DNA of 64,000 bases from an uncultured delta proteobacterium (GTDB lineage: Bacteria; Myxococcota; Myxococcia; Myxococcales; Myxococcaceae): assembly GCA_963771175.1 (NCBI GenBank), contig CAVYSY010000047.1, forward strand, positions 32,001 through 96,000. Direction: 5' to 3'. A model generated the notes under the pieces. The model was given only the letters and a program-made list of their open reading frames with translations, was not told the origin of the DNA and searched no databases. Numbering within the stretch: the first letter of the stretch is position 1; every line of letters starts with the position of its first letter. The translations under genes were made by a program, and so were the position numbers. Shown piece after piece: positions 44,865 to 55,682 of the stretch.

Positions 44865-46433
44865 CTACAGCCCGCCCATGTCGTAGCTGGAGGGCACGTC
44901 CACGTGGAAGGCGAGGTCCACGGAGCGCTGCTCGGCGGGGGCGAGCGTCACCTTCCAGGAGACGATGCCATCCATCGCCTCGAGCGCGTGGCCGCCGGTG
45001 GTCTTCTCCGAGTCCAGCTCCACCTTCACGTCGTCGAGCTCGGAGACGGGGATGTGCTCGGCCACCTCCACCACTTCGGGGCGCTCGCGGTAGTTGGCCA
45101 GGTTGAAGCGGTAGACGTAGCGGAAGCGGCGCCGGCCCCCGAAGAGGCCCTCGGTGCGGGCGATCTCCTCCACCACCACGCGCTCCACGCGCAGCGACTC
45201 CTCGAGGCCGAAGGTGAGCTCGAAGGCGCCGCCCTGGGGAACCTGCTCCAGTGACTGACGGCCGATGAAGCCCGAGGCGCGGAACACGTCCACGGGGCCC
45301 GGCAGCAGCGGGAAGGGAGCGCCGTTGACGAGGCTCGCCACGCGGAACACCACCGGGTGCAGCTTGGGCACGGCGCGCCAGACGAAGGAGGACTTCAGCT
45401 TCGTGCCCGCCACGCGCAGCCGCACGGCCGTGCCATCGCCGGGCACCTGCGCCAGCTCGGGCACGAGGAGCTGCACGGAGACGCCCTGCGAGGCCGCGCT
45501 CAGCGAGCCCTGCGTCTCCGCCGGAGCCTGCTTTCCGCCCCGGGCGTGCTCGTGCTGCTCGTCGCGCCGGACCAGCACCTTGCGCTCAGCGGGCCGCTCG
45601 TAGGCGCTCAGCGCCAGGGGCTTCAGCTCGGGTGGCGACGCGTTGGCGCGCGGCCGGGCGGTGGAGAGCACCAGCCGCACGCCGGACCAGTCCTCGCCGG
45701 TGGACTGGCGCACGGTGGCGAAGGTGGAGAGCTCCACCCGGCCACCGGCCTCGTCGGCGCGCGCCTCGTAGGAGGGGGCCCAGCCCGCGCCGCCCACCAC
45801 GTACTGCAGCTCCACGCGGGCACGACCCTCCGAGGGGCAAGCCAGCCGCACCTCCACCCGCCGCTCCATGCGCTCGGCCGACTCACCGAGGTACGACTCC
45901 TGCTCGCGCAGCCAGTCCAGCTCGCGCTGCACCTCGCGCATGCGGGCGGCCCGGGTCGTCACGTCACTGACGGCGCGCAGCCGGGTGTCCAGCGCGGCGT
46001 CGAAGGCGGCGGCCCACGCTCGGGTGTCCGGCTTGGGCTCGGCGAGCTCGCGCGTCACCCGCTGCCCGGACAGCTCGGCGAGACCCTCGCCCAGCTTCCG
46101 CAACGCCTCGGCGCGCGCGCGAGCATCCACCAACTCCGCCATCTCGCGCTCCAGGGCCTCGCGCTTCTTGCGCAAAGACTCCGTCTCGGGGCCGAAGCGG
46201 TGCTCCAGGGTGCGCTCCTCGGCCACGAGGCTCTCCACGGTGGCGTCCTCGGAGCGGGCGCGGAAGCTGGCGGGGTCCGCGGCGGGCGGCACGGACTCGA
46301 AGACGGCGAGCGCGCGGCCGGTACACGCCACCGTCTCCACCCGAGTCACCAGGGCACGATCCGGATAGACGACGACGGAGGACACCTTCGTGGGGGCGAC
46401 GAGCGCCAGCATCATCAGGGGAAGGGTGTGCAT
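44865..46433 (-). CDS. DUF4140/DUF4139 domain protein
   Basis: VVVYPDRALVTR, WAPSYEAR, QSTGEDW..V.L.LST, LTFG. Confidence 0.88.
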   Translation of the reverse strand: MHTLPLMMLALVAPTKVSSVVVYPDRALVTRVETVACTGRALAVFESVPPAADPASFRARSEDATVESLVAEERTLEHRFGPETESLRKKREALEREMAELVDARARAEALRKLGEGLAELSGQRVTRELAEPKPDTRAWAAAFDAALDTRLRAVSDVTTRAARMREVQRELDWLREQESYLGESAERMERRVEVRLACPSEGRARVELQYVVGGAGWAPSYEARADEAGGRVELSTFATVRQSTGEDWSGVRLVLSTARPRANASPPELKPLALSAYERPAERKVLVRRDEQHEHARGGKQAPAETQGSLSAASQGVSVQLLVPELAQVPGDGTAVRLRVAGTKLKSSFVWRAVPKLHPVVFRVASLVNGAPFPLLPGPVDVFRASGFIGRQSLEQVPQGGAFELTFGLEESLRVERVVVEEIARTEGLFGGRRRFRYVYRFNLANYRERPEVVEVAEHIPVSELDDVKVELDSEKTTGGHALEAMDGIVSWKVTLAPAEQRSVDLAFHVDVPSSYDMGGL

Positions 46434-46443
46434 GGGCGGCTCC

Positions 46444-48369
46444 TCACTGGCTCTGCTGCAGGCGCCAGCCCCTGGGGTGGCGGACCGTGTATACGAAGGA
46501 CACTGACTTCTTCTCCGAGGGCGGCACCGACAGGCGCCACTCCAGCGTGCCCTTGTCCTTGTCCTGCTCGGCGTAGGGCTCGGTGCGCACGAGCTTCACC
46601 TCCACGTCCTCATGGCGAGACAACGGCCACTGGTCGTGGATGCGAACCGGGAGGGCGAAGGGGTACGGGTTGGCCACCTCGATGGTGACGAGGTACTCGG
46701 TGAGGTCGTCCTTGCCGATGAGCCCCTTCTCCGCCGTCACGAGCTTCACGTTGCGCACCGGGCGCACCGCCGAGTCGATGCCGAGCGGCAGGGTGAAGGC
46801 CTCGCCCGGAGACACCACCGAGAGCCGGGCCTGGCCCGCGGGGTCGGCCCCGACGAAGAGCTGCGCCTCGCCGCCGGGCAGCACCTGCTTCGAGGGGCCG
46901 CGCAGCTCCGCCACGAGGAAGGCATTCGGGGTGAGGGCGGGGTACAGCTTGCGCTCCACCTGCACGGGCCACGTCTCGGTGAAGAGGGGCACACGCCGCT
47001 CGCCCCCGCCGCTGCGTACCGTCTCGCGGCGCTGCGCGGGGAAGGCCAGGGCGTAGCCGCCGGCGAGCGAGGCGGGCAGGTTCGGGTCCATCGCGGGCCG
47101 CCGCCAGCTCGCGGGAGGCGCGAGGCCCACGGGGACGGACACCTCCGGACGCGGCGCCGGGCGCGACACCGTGCTGCTTCTGGCGCCGCTGATGACAACC
47201 TCCTCAACCGCCTCGATGTAATCGTTCTCGGGAGTGGTCGCCGCCACCGGCGCGCTGGGGGCAGGTTCGAGGAACTCCTTATCGACGTTGGCGCCCGCGC
47301 TCGTGGAACCGACGTCGATAGAGGGCGGGGCAGAAGGCGGGGGCGGGGGCATACCCAACACCACGCCCGCCGTCGCGGTGGGGCCGATGAGCGAGAGGAG
47401 GCGGGAGCGAAGCTGCTCGTCCTCCTTCGGCACCTCGGGCGGAGGCGGAGGAACGGGCGGCGGGGAGCGCCAGGAGTCGGCGACCGGGGCGGGGGTGGGA
47501 ATGAAGCGCTCGCGCTGGCCGATCTTCCAGGTGGCGATCCTCGGCGCGGTGGTGGCGGTGGCGGGGAGGGCGGTGCTGAGCGTGAGCGCCGCGTCCTCCC
47601 AATCCTCGCCGCTCTCCTGGCTGACGCGACCGGCGAAGGCCACCTGGACGCGGTTGGACTCGGGCTCGAGCCGCAGCTCATAGGAGGGGTACCAGCGCGC
47701 ACCCGTGGTGACGTAGGTGAGCGTGAGCGTCGCGGAACCCTGGCCCGAGAGCGTGGGGACGACCTCCAGCCCCGGGCGCTGCGGAGTGCCGCCGAGCTGC
47801 CGCGCCTCCTGAACACGCCGCGAGAGCTCGCGTTCGAGCACCTCCTCACGCTGGCTCACTTCCCGCAGCTTCGCCTGGAGGTGGGAAGTGGCCGCCACCA
47901 GGAAGTCGGTGGCGGCGCGCCAGCCGGAGGCATCGAGCCGGGAGGGGCGCTGGGCGGTCGAAGTCGTGGAGGGAGGGGTGTTCTCCGGAGGGACGACGGG
48001 CTGAACCTTGCCGAGCGCCTCGAGCTGTGCGGAGTAGACCTCGCGCTCGGCGTGGGTCTGGGCGATCTGATCATCGAGCCGCTCCAGCTCGGTGACGAGC
48101 CGGCGGGCCTCGGTGGCGGGCAGGGATTTGGCATCGACAGGGCGGATGTCGACCCGAGTCACCTCGGCGCCCTGGGCCTCCACGCGAATGCTGGAGGGGT
48201 CCACCGAGCCAAGAAGGAAGGGCAGCTCCACGCGTTGGGTGCCGGAGAGGCTCACCCTGGCGGTGCGCACCACGCGGGCCCGGTCGCTGTAGACGGTGAC
48301 CGAGGTGACGGGAGCATCCACCGCGGCGAGCCAGAAGGCGCCCAGGGCTGAAAGTCCGAAGACGGGCAT
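46444..48369 (-). CDS. DUF4140/DUF4139 domain protein (paralog with a Pro-rich insert)
   Basis: VTVYSDRARVVR, WYPSYELR, QESGEDW, LPLGID; AGGAGG RBS before ATG 48369. Confidence 0.88.
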   Translation of the reverse strand: MPVFGLSALGAFWLAAVDAPVTSVTVYSDRARVVRTARVSLSGTQRVELPFLLGSVDPSSIRVEAQGAEVTRVDIRPVDAKSLPATEARRLVTELERLDDQIAQTHAEREVYSAQLEALGKVQPVVPPENTPPSTTSTAQRPSRLDASGWRAATDFLVAATSHLQAKLREVSQREEVLERELSRRVQEARQLGGTPQRPGLEVVPTLSGQGSATLTLTYVTTGARWYPSYELRLEPESNRVQVAFAGRVSQESGEDWEDAALTLSTALPATATTAPRIATWKIGQRERFIPTPAPVADSWRSPPPVPPPPPEVPKEDEQLRSRLLSLIGPTATAGVVLGMPPPPPSAPPSIDVGSTSAGANVDKEFLEPAPSAPVAATTPENDYIEAVEEVVISGARSSTVSRPAPRPEVSVPVGLAPPASWRRPAMDPNLPASLAGGYALAFPAQRRETVRSGGGERRVPLFTETWPVQVERKLYPALTPNAFLVAELRGPSKQVLPGGEAQLFVGADPAGQARLSVVSPGEAFTLPLGIDSAVRPVRNVKLVTAEKGLIGKDDLTEYLVTIEVANPYPFALPVRIHDQWPLSRHEDVEVKLVRTEPYAEQDKDKGTLEWRLSVPPSEKKSVSFVYTVRHPRGWRLQQSQ

Positions 48370-48513
48370 GCCTCCTTGTACCGTCCCCGCCTCGGTGCCG
48401 TCACCCGCCCATGGCCGAGCGCACTCGGAGTGCGGGGAAGCGGAGGCGCCGCGCACGACGTGCCCTGACGGGTCCCTTTCAATGTACCGGATGGCTCGCA
48501 TAGCGTCCGGTGC

Positions 48514-49923
48514 ATGGCGGATTTCGACCTGGTGGTGATCGGCTCGGGCCCCGCGGGCGAGAAGGGCGCGGTGCATGCGGCCCTTCACGGCAAGCGGGTG
48601 GCGGTGGTCGAGCGCGAGCCGGTGCTCGGCGGTACGGCGGCCAACACAGGCACCCTGCCCTCCAAGACGCTGCGCGAGACCTCGCTGTACCTCTCGGGCT
48701 TCCGTCAGCGGGGCCTGTACGGGGTGGACACGAACCTGCGCCAGGAGGCCACGGTCTCGGACTTCCTCTACCGCGAGCGCCGGGTGAAGGGCATCGAGCG
48801 CCAGCGCATCCTGGAGGACCTGAAGCGCCACGGAGTGGAATTGCTGTACGGCCGGGGCGAGCTGGCGGACGCGCACACGGTGGTGGTGCGCCGCGAGGGC
48901 GAGTCGGAGCGCAGGCTGACGGCGGACGTCATCCTGGTGGCCACCGGCTCCTCGCCGTACCGCCCGCCGCTGTATCCCTTCGGGGACCCGCGGGTGCATG
49001 ACTCGGACGAGCTCCTCGACCTGTCCGAGCTGCCGCGGGCGCTGGTGGTGGTGGGCGCTGGCGTCATCGGCTGCGAGTACGCGTGCATGTTCGCCGCACT
49101 GGGCATCCCGGTGACGCTGGTGGACCCCAAACCGGAGCTACTGCCCTTCCTGGACGACGAGTTCTCCGCGCTGCTCCGGCAGCGCATGGAGGCGGTCGGG
49201 GTGCGGATGCGGCTGGGGCGGACGGTGGAGACGGTGGACGTGCCTCCGGCCGCGAAGGAGCCCATCCGGCTGACGCTGTCGGACGGCGAGAAGCTGGAGG
49301 TGGACCAGGTGCTGGTGGCCTCGGGACGCTCGGCGAACACGGCGGGGCTGGGCCTGGAGGCGGTGGGCGTGAAGCTGGGAGCGCGCGGGCAGGTGGAGGT
49401 GGGGCCCGAGTACCAGACGGCGGTGCCCGGCATCTACGCGGTGGGGGACGTCATCGGCTTCCCCGCGCTGGCGTCCACGTCGATGGAGCAGGCGCGCATC
49501 GCGGTGATGCACGCCTTCGGGCTGGAGGACCCGAACAAGATGGCGCCGGTGCTGCCCTACGGCATCTACACCATCCCCGAGGTCTCCATGGCGGGCGAGA
49601 CGGAGGAGGCGCTCCGGGCCAAGGACATCCCCTACGTGGTGGGCCGCGCCGCGTTCTCCACCAACCCGCGAGGGCAGATCATCGGCGAGTCCCACGGACT
49701 GCTGAAGCTGCTCTTCCGCCGCGAGGACCTGCGGCTGATGGGCGTGCACGTGCTGGGCGAGCAGGCCTCGGAGTTGGTGCACGTGGGGCTGATGGGGCTG
49801 ATGACGGGCGCCACCGCGCGCATCTTCGTGGAGACGTGCTTCAACTACCCCACGCTCTCCGAGGCCTACAAGACGGCCACCTACGACGCGCTCGACAAGG
49901 TGCGCGCGCCGAAGCGGCCCTGA
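48514..49923 (+). CDS. sthA: Soluble pyridine nucleotide transhydrogenase
   Basis: GSGPAG, TGTLPSKTLRE, GAGVIGCEYA, GFPALASTSMEQ, FNYPTLSEAYK. Confidence 0.88.
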   Translation: MADFDLVVIGSGPAGEKGAVHAALHGKRVAVVEREPVLGGTAANTGTLPSKTLRETSLYLSGFRQRGLYGVDTNLRQEATVSDFLYRERRVKGIERQRILEDLKRHGVELLYGRGELADAHTVVVRREGESERRLTADVILVATGSSPYRPPLYPFGDPRVHDSDELLDLSELPRALVVVGAGVIGCEYACMFAALGIPVTLVDPKPELLPFLDDEFSALLRQRMEAVGVRMRLGRTVETVDVPPAAKEPIRLTLSDGEKLEVDQVLVASGRSANTAGLGLEAVGVKLGARGQVEVGPEYQTAVPGIYAVGDVIGFPALASTSMEQARIAVMHAFGLEDPNKMAPVLPYGIYTIPEVSMAGETEEALRAKDIPYVVGRAAFSTNPRGQIIGESHGLLKLLFRREDLRLMGVHVLGEQASELVHVGLMGLMTGATARIFVETCFNYPTLSEAYKTATYDALDKVRAPKRP

Positions 49924-49936
49924 GACGGCAACGGGC

Positions 49937-51245
<1,309 letters not shown>

Positions 51246-51254
51246 GGGCAACTC

Positions 51255-51315
51255 TCGCTGAAAAAGAAACGCGCGCGAGCCAATCAGAGGCCCGCGCGCG
51301 TCTTCAAGTCAGCGA
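51255..51315 (-). promoter_or_regulatory. Long hairpin in the metK-ahcY spacer (terminator or attenuator-like)
   Basis: Minus strand: TCGCTGA..GAAGA-CGCGCGCG-GGCC loop GGCT-CGCGCGCG-TTTCTTTT-TCAGCGA; it ends about 9 nt before the ahcY ATG. Confidence 0.6.
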
Positions 51316-51337
51316 ATCGTGAGGCGTTGACTCCGGG

Positions 51338-52509
51338 CTACACCGCCTTGAGGCGGGAGCCGGCCACGGCCTCGCGCAGCACGTCCTTCTTGTCGGTGCG
51401 CTCCCAGGTGAACTCCTTCTCGGTGCGGCCGAAGTGACCGTACGCGGCGGTCTTCTGGTAGATGGGCCGCAGCAGGTCCAGGTGCTCGATGATCTCGCGC
51501 GGCTTGAGGCCGAACGTCTGGCGGATGGCCGGCGGCGATCTTCTCCTCGGGCACGGTGGCCGTGCCGAAGGTCTCCACCAGCACGCTGACCGGCTCGGCC
51601 ACGCCGATGGCGTAGGCGACCTGCACCTCGCAGCGGCGCGCCAGGCCGGCGGCCACCACGTTCTTGGCGATGTAGCGGCCCATGTACGCGGCCGAGCGGT
51701 CCACCTTGGACGGGTCCTTGCCCGAGAAGGCGCCGCCGCCGTGACGGCCCATGCCGCCGTAGGTGTCCACGATGATCTTCCGGCCGGTCACGCCCGAGTC
51801 GCCCATGGGGCCGCCGATGACGAAGCGGCCGGTGGGGTTGATGTAGAACTTGGTCTTGGCGTCGATGAGCTTCTTGGGCAGCGCCTTGGCGATGACGTCC
51901 TCGCGGATGGCCTCGTGGATCTTCTTGTTCGAGACGTCATCCGCGTGCTGCGTGGACACCACCACCGCGTCGATGCGGACCGGGCGGCCGTTGCTGGTAC
52001 TCGACCGTCACCTGGCTCTTGCCGTCCGGGCGCAGCCAGTCGTGCTTCTTGCGGCGCACGTCGGCCAGGCGCTTGGTGAGCGCGTGGGCGTAGTGGATGG
52101 GCGCCGGCATCAGCTCCGTCGTCTCGTCGCAGGCGTAGCCGAACATCATGCCCTGGTCGCCGGCGCCCTGCTCCTTCTTGTTGTCCACGCCCCGGGCGAT
52201 GTCCTGGCTCTGGCCCTCGATGGCCACCATGACGCCGCAGGTGTGGCCGTCGTAGCCCATGGAGCTGTCGGTGTAGCCGATGCGGCAGATGGTGCCGCGG
52301 ACGATCTTCGGGATGTCGACGTAGCAGTTGGTGGTCACCTCGCCGGCGACGATGGCGAGGCCCGTCTTCACCAGCGTCTCCACGGCCACGCGGCCCTGGG
52401 GGTCCTTGGCGAGGATGGCGTCCAGCACGCCGTCGGAGATCTGGTCGGCGATCTTGTCCGGGTGGCCTTCGGTGACGGATTCGGAGGTGAACAGGTAGTC
52501 GGTCGGCAT
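51338..52509 (-). CDS. metK: S-adenosylmethionine synthetase (frameshifted)
   Basis: [49 protein letters not shown]; stop TAG at 51338-51340. Confidence 0.96.
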
Positions 52510-52564
52510 GTCTTCTTCAGCGATCGTGAGGGGGAACGCGCGCCTCGGCGGCGTGAAGCGCAGG

Positions 52565-52594
52565 ACACTAGACGTTGGGCTCTAGAGGAGTCAA
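52565..52594 (-). promoter_or_regulatory. Candidate sigma70 promoter of metK
   Basis: TTGACT-N18-TAGTGT on the minus strand, about 55 nt upstream of the ATG. Confidence 0.4.
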
Positions 52595-52750
52595 ACCCGT
52601 AAACCCTCCTGGTAATTCGCCCCACGACAGTCCTCCCTCGCAGGCAGGCGACCCGGCCCCCGGACCCCTCGCCGGGTGCCCGTTGAATTTCGCGCGCTCC
52701 GGGCCGTTCCTCTGGGCTACAGAGACTGCCCTCTTCCAGGAAGGATTCGA

Positions 52751-53347
52751 ATGATCGCTCGCCTCCGCTCCCTCGCCCTGCTGGCCACCCTGACCCTCGC
52801 CGCGCCGGTGCTCGCCGCCCCCAACGAGCCCGTGGCCAAGCCGGTGAAGACCCTCGTGCAGTCCGTGCGCTACAGCAAGGACGAGCTCGCGCTCAAGCAC
52901 TTCGACGACGAGGAGCAGGGGCGCTTCCTGCTCGGCGACGACTGGGCCAAGGGCACGGACGCCCAGCGCAAGGAGTTCACCCAGCTCTTCAACAGCCTCT
53001 TCGCCAAGATCGCCTTCCCGAAGGTGCGCGAGAACTTCAAGAACCTCGCCTCCATCACCTACGAGGACCCGGCGGTGGAGGGCGACACGGCGAAGATGAA
53101 GTCCACCATCGTCATCGAGCACCCGCTGAAGAAGCAGGAGATGAAGCTCCTGTACTCGCTGGCGAAGGACAAGGGCAGCGCCTGGAAGGTCGTGGACGTG
53201 GCGGTGCTCGGCGACTCGATGCTCACCGGCATCCGCGACGATCAGATCCGGCCCATCATGGCGCAGGGCGGCTGGGACCACCTGCTGGACCTGATGCGCA
53301 AGAAGAACGCCGAGCTGACCGCCCTGGACAACAAGGGCAAGAAGTAG
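52751..53347 (+). CDS. MlaC/Ttg2D (HpnM-like) periplasmic lipid-binding protein
   Basis: Signal peptide; W...TDAQRKEFTQLF; WKVVDVAVLGDSML. Confidence 0.8.
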   Translation: MIARLRSLALLATLTLAAPVLAAPNEPVAKPVKTLVQSVRYSKDELALKHFDDEEQGRFLLGDDWAKGTDAQRKEFTQLFNSLFAKIAFPKVRENFKNLASITYEDPAVEGDTAKMKSTIVIEHPLKKQEMKLLYSLAKDKGSAWKVVDVAVLGDSMLTGIRDDQIRPIMAQGGWDHLLDLMRKKNAELTALDNKGKK

Positions 53348-53432
53348 TCGCACCGCGCTCCGGGACCGAGCGGCCGGGCGCCCAGGAAGTGAACACGGTT
53401 CGAGGCACGGATACCGGCTAGACTCCTGGCCG

Positions 53433-55560
53433 ATGTCCGTGCCCCTGCCCCAGCCAGCCGACATGCGTGAAGGGCGCTCCTCCCGCGAGGTGGACGCCTT
53501 CTGCGTCCAGTTCGCTCCGCGAGCCCCGGGTCACCCCGCCGTCCGAGACCTGCAGCAGCTCCTGGCCGACGTCCCCCAGGAGGGCGCTCGAGGCGCGGCT
53601 GCAGTGGGTGGAGCGGTGGGTGGAATGGCTGCGCGACCCCAAGCCCGCCCTGGGGTTGATGGAGCCCGCCGAGCCCGAGGCCCCCGCGGCGGTCACCGCG
53701 CCTCGCGCTGCTGGTGCGGGTGCTGGAGGACCCGGGCCGCGGCCCGCCAGTCCGTGGGCGCCCTCGTGCGCGAGGTGCTCGCCGGGACGAGCGGGCTGAA
53801 GCTCTTCGCGCAGGTGGGCCTGCTCGCCGGTCAGGGCTTCCTTGGCGAGGTGTCGGACCGGCTCGCCCGCCGCCTGCTCCCCGCCCCGCCCGAGGACCGG
53901 CAGCTCTCGGCGAGCTGCTGCCGCGCCTCTTTCCGGAGCCGGAGGACGCCGCCTGGCTGGAGGCCCTGCCCCCGGCGCTGCTGGCACGGCTCTCCACGCT
54001 GCTGGGCGAGCGAGACCCTACCTCCGGCGCGCGGGCCCGCGGCAGATGGTGCGCGCCGACCTGGTGGACGCGCTCTGCCTGCTGGCCGTGCAGACGGCGG
54101 CCCTGGGCCTCACCGAGGACGTGCGGGACCGCTGCCCGGAGGTACGTCGCTTCCGCTCCTCGCCCTTCCTGCGCTGCGCCGGGTGAGCGAGGGCGTGCTC
54201 GCCCGCGACGCGCGCGCCGGACAGCGCTGCGGGAGCTGGGCCGACGTGCTGGAGGAGTGCCGGCAGGTGGTGGCCACGTGCACGCAGCCACCTGGAGACG
54301 TACGGGGTGAGCGTGGACCTGGTGTACCGGCTGGAGCGCATCCGCCGGAGCCTGGAGCGCATGGAGGCCATCGGCCGGGTGCTGGCGCACGCCGCCCGGC
54401 GAGGCCCGCTGGCGCGAGGGGCTCGCGCTGCTGGCGGACCTGCTGCGCCGCGCGCACGCGGACCGCTCGGTGCGCGCGGTGGTGGCGAGCAACGTGCGGC
54501 TGCTGGCGCGCAAGGTCATCGAGCGCGCGGGGGCCACTCGCGGCGAGCACTACATCACCACCACCCGCGCCGAGTACCACCACATGGTGCACTCGGCGGC
54601 CGGCGGCGGGCTGCTCACCGCCGTTCACCGCCGGCCTCAAGTTCGTCGCTCGCCACGCTCGCGCTGGCGCCCTTCTTCTACGGGCTGTCGCCGCGCTCAA
54701 CTACGTGGGCAGCTTCGTGCTGATGCAGTTGCTGGGCTTCACGCTGGCCACCAAGCAGCCGTCCATGACGGCGGCCACGCTGGGCGGGCGCGCATCGAGC
54801 CAGGGCGGCCGCGGGCGGGCGGCTGTCGCGCCTGGTGGAGCTCATCCCCCGCATCACCCGCTCGCAGCTCGCCACGGCGCTGGGCAACCTGGGCATCGTG
54901 CTGCCGGCGGCGGTGGGCGCTGTCGCTGGTCTTCGCAGTGGTGGAAGGGACGCCCGCTGCTCAACGACGGCCCAGGCGCAGTACGTGGTGGACAGCGCTG
55001 CACCCCTGGAAGAGCGGCACCCTCTTCTACGCGGCGCTGACGGGCGTGCTGCTGTGGCTGTCCAGCGCTCGCGGCCGGGTGGCTGGAGAACTGGGCGGTG
55101 TACCGGCGGCTCCCCGAGGCGCTCGCGCACCACCGGGTGCTGCGCCGGGTGCTGGGCGAGTCCGGGGCACGGAAGCTGGCTGAGCCTCTTCGCGCACCAC
55201 ATCGCCGGCACTGGGCGGCAACGTGAGCATCGGCGTGCTGCTCGCGCTGCCGCCCGTGGTGGGGGCCTTCTTCGGGCTGCCGCTGGACGTGCGCCACGTG
55301 ACGCTGTCCTTCGGGCAGCTCTGCCCTGGCCGGGTACGCGCTGGGGCCCGAGGCCGTGCTGCAGCCGGACTTCCTCGCGGCGGTGGCGAGGCATCGGGCT
55401 CACCCTGGCCATCAACTTCGGGGTGTCCTTCTCGCTCGCCCTGGCCGTGGCGCTGCGAGCGCGTGACGTGCCCTGGACGGACGCGCTGCGACTGGTACGC
55501 GGGGTGGGGGTCCGCTTCCTGAGGGAGCCGCGCTCCTTCCTCCTTCCTCCTCGGGAATAA
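53433..55560 (+). CDS. PF10136-like ('site-specific recombinase' Gcr) polytopic membrane protein (many frameshifts)
   Basis: GVSVDLVYRLERI, GEHYITTTRAEY, SAAGGG, FTLATKQPSMTA, RSQLATALGNL, GLPLDVRHVTLS, NFGVSFSLAL. Confidence 0.75.
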
Positions 55561-55566
55561 ACAGGG

Positions 55567-55599
55567 GGAGGGGGTTACGTCCCCCCCTTGACCCCCTCC
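55567..55599. terminator. Intergenic hairpin
   Basis: GGAGGGGGT / ACCCCCTCC 9-bp inverted repeat just after the stop. Confidence 0.35.
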
Positions 55600-55682
55600 G
55601 GGAGTGAACCTGGGCAGCCGAGCAGTCGGGGACACTGAAGCGTGCTTCAGACAGACGCGGTTCTCCTGTAGGGTCCGCGCCG

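Noticed and set aside
51246..51337. Canonical SAH or SAM riboswitch before ahcY
   Set aside because: The spacer lacks the conserved cores as I recall them; it is reported instead as an unassigned motif and hairpin.
53433..55560. A true recombinase driving the nearby toxin cassettes
   Set aside because: The protein is polytopic-membrane-like with no recognisable recombinase catalytic motif, so the family name alone is not evidence.
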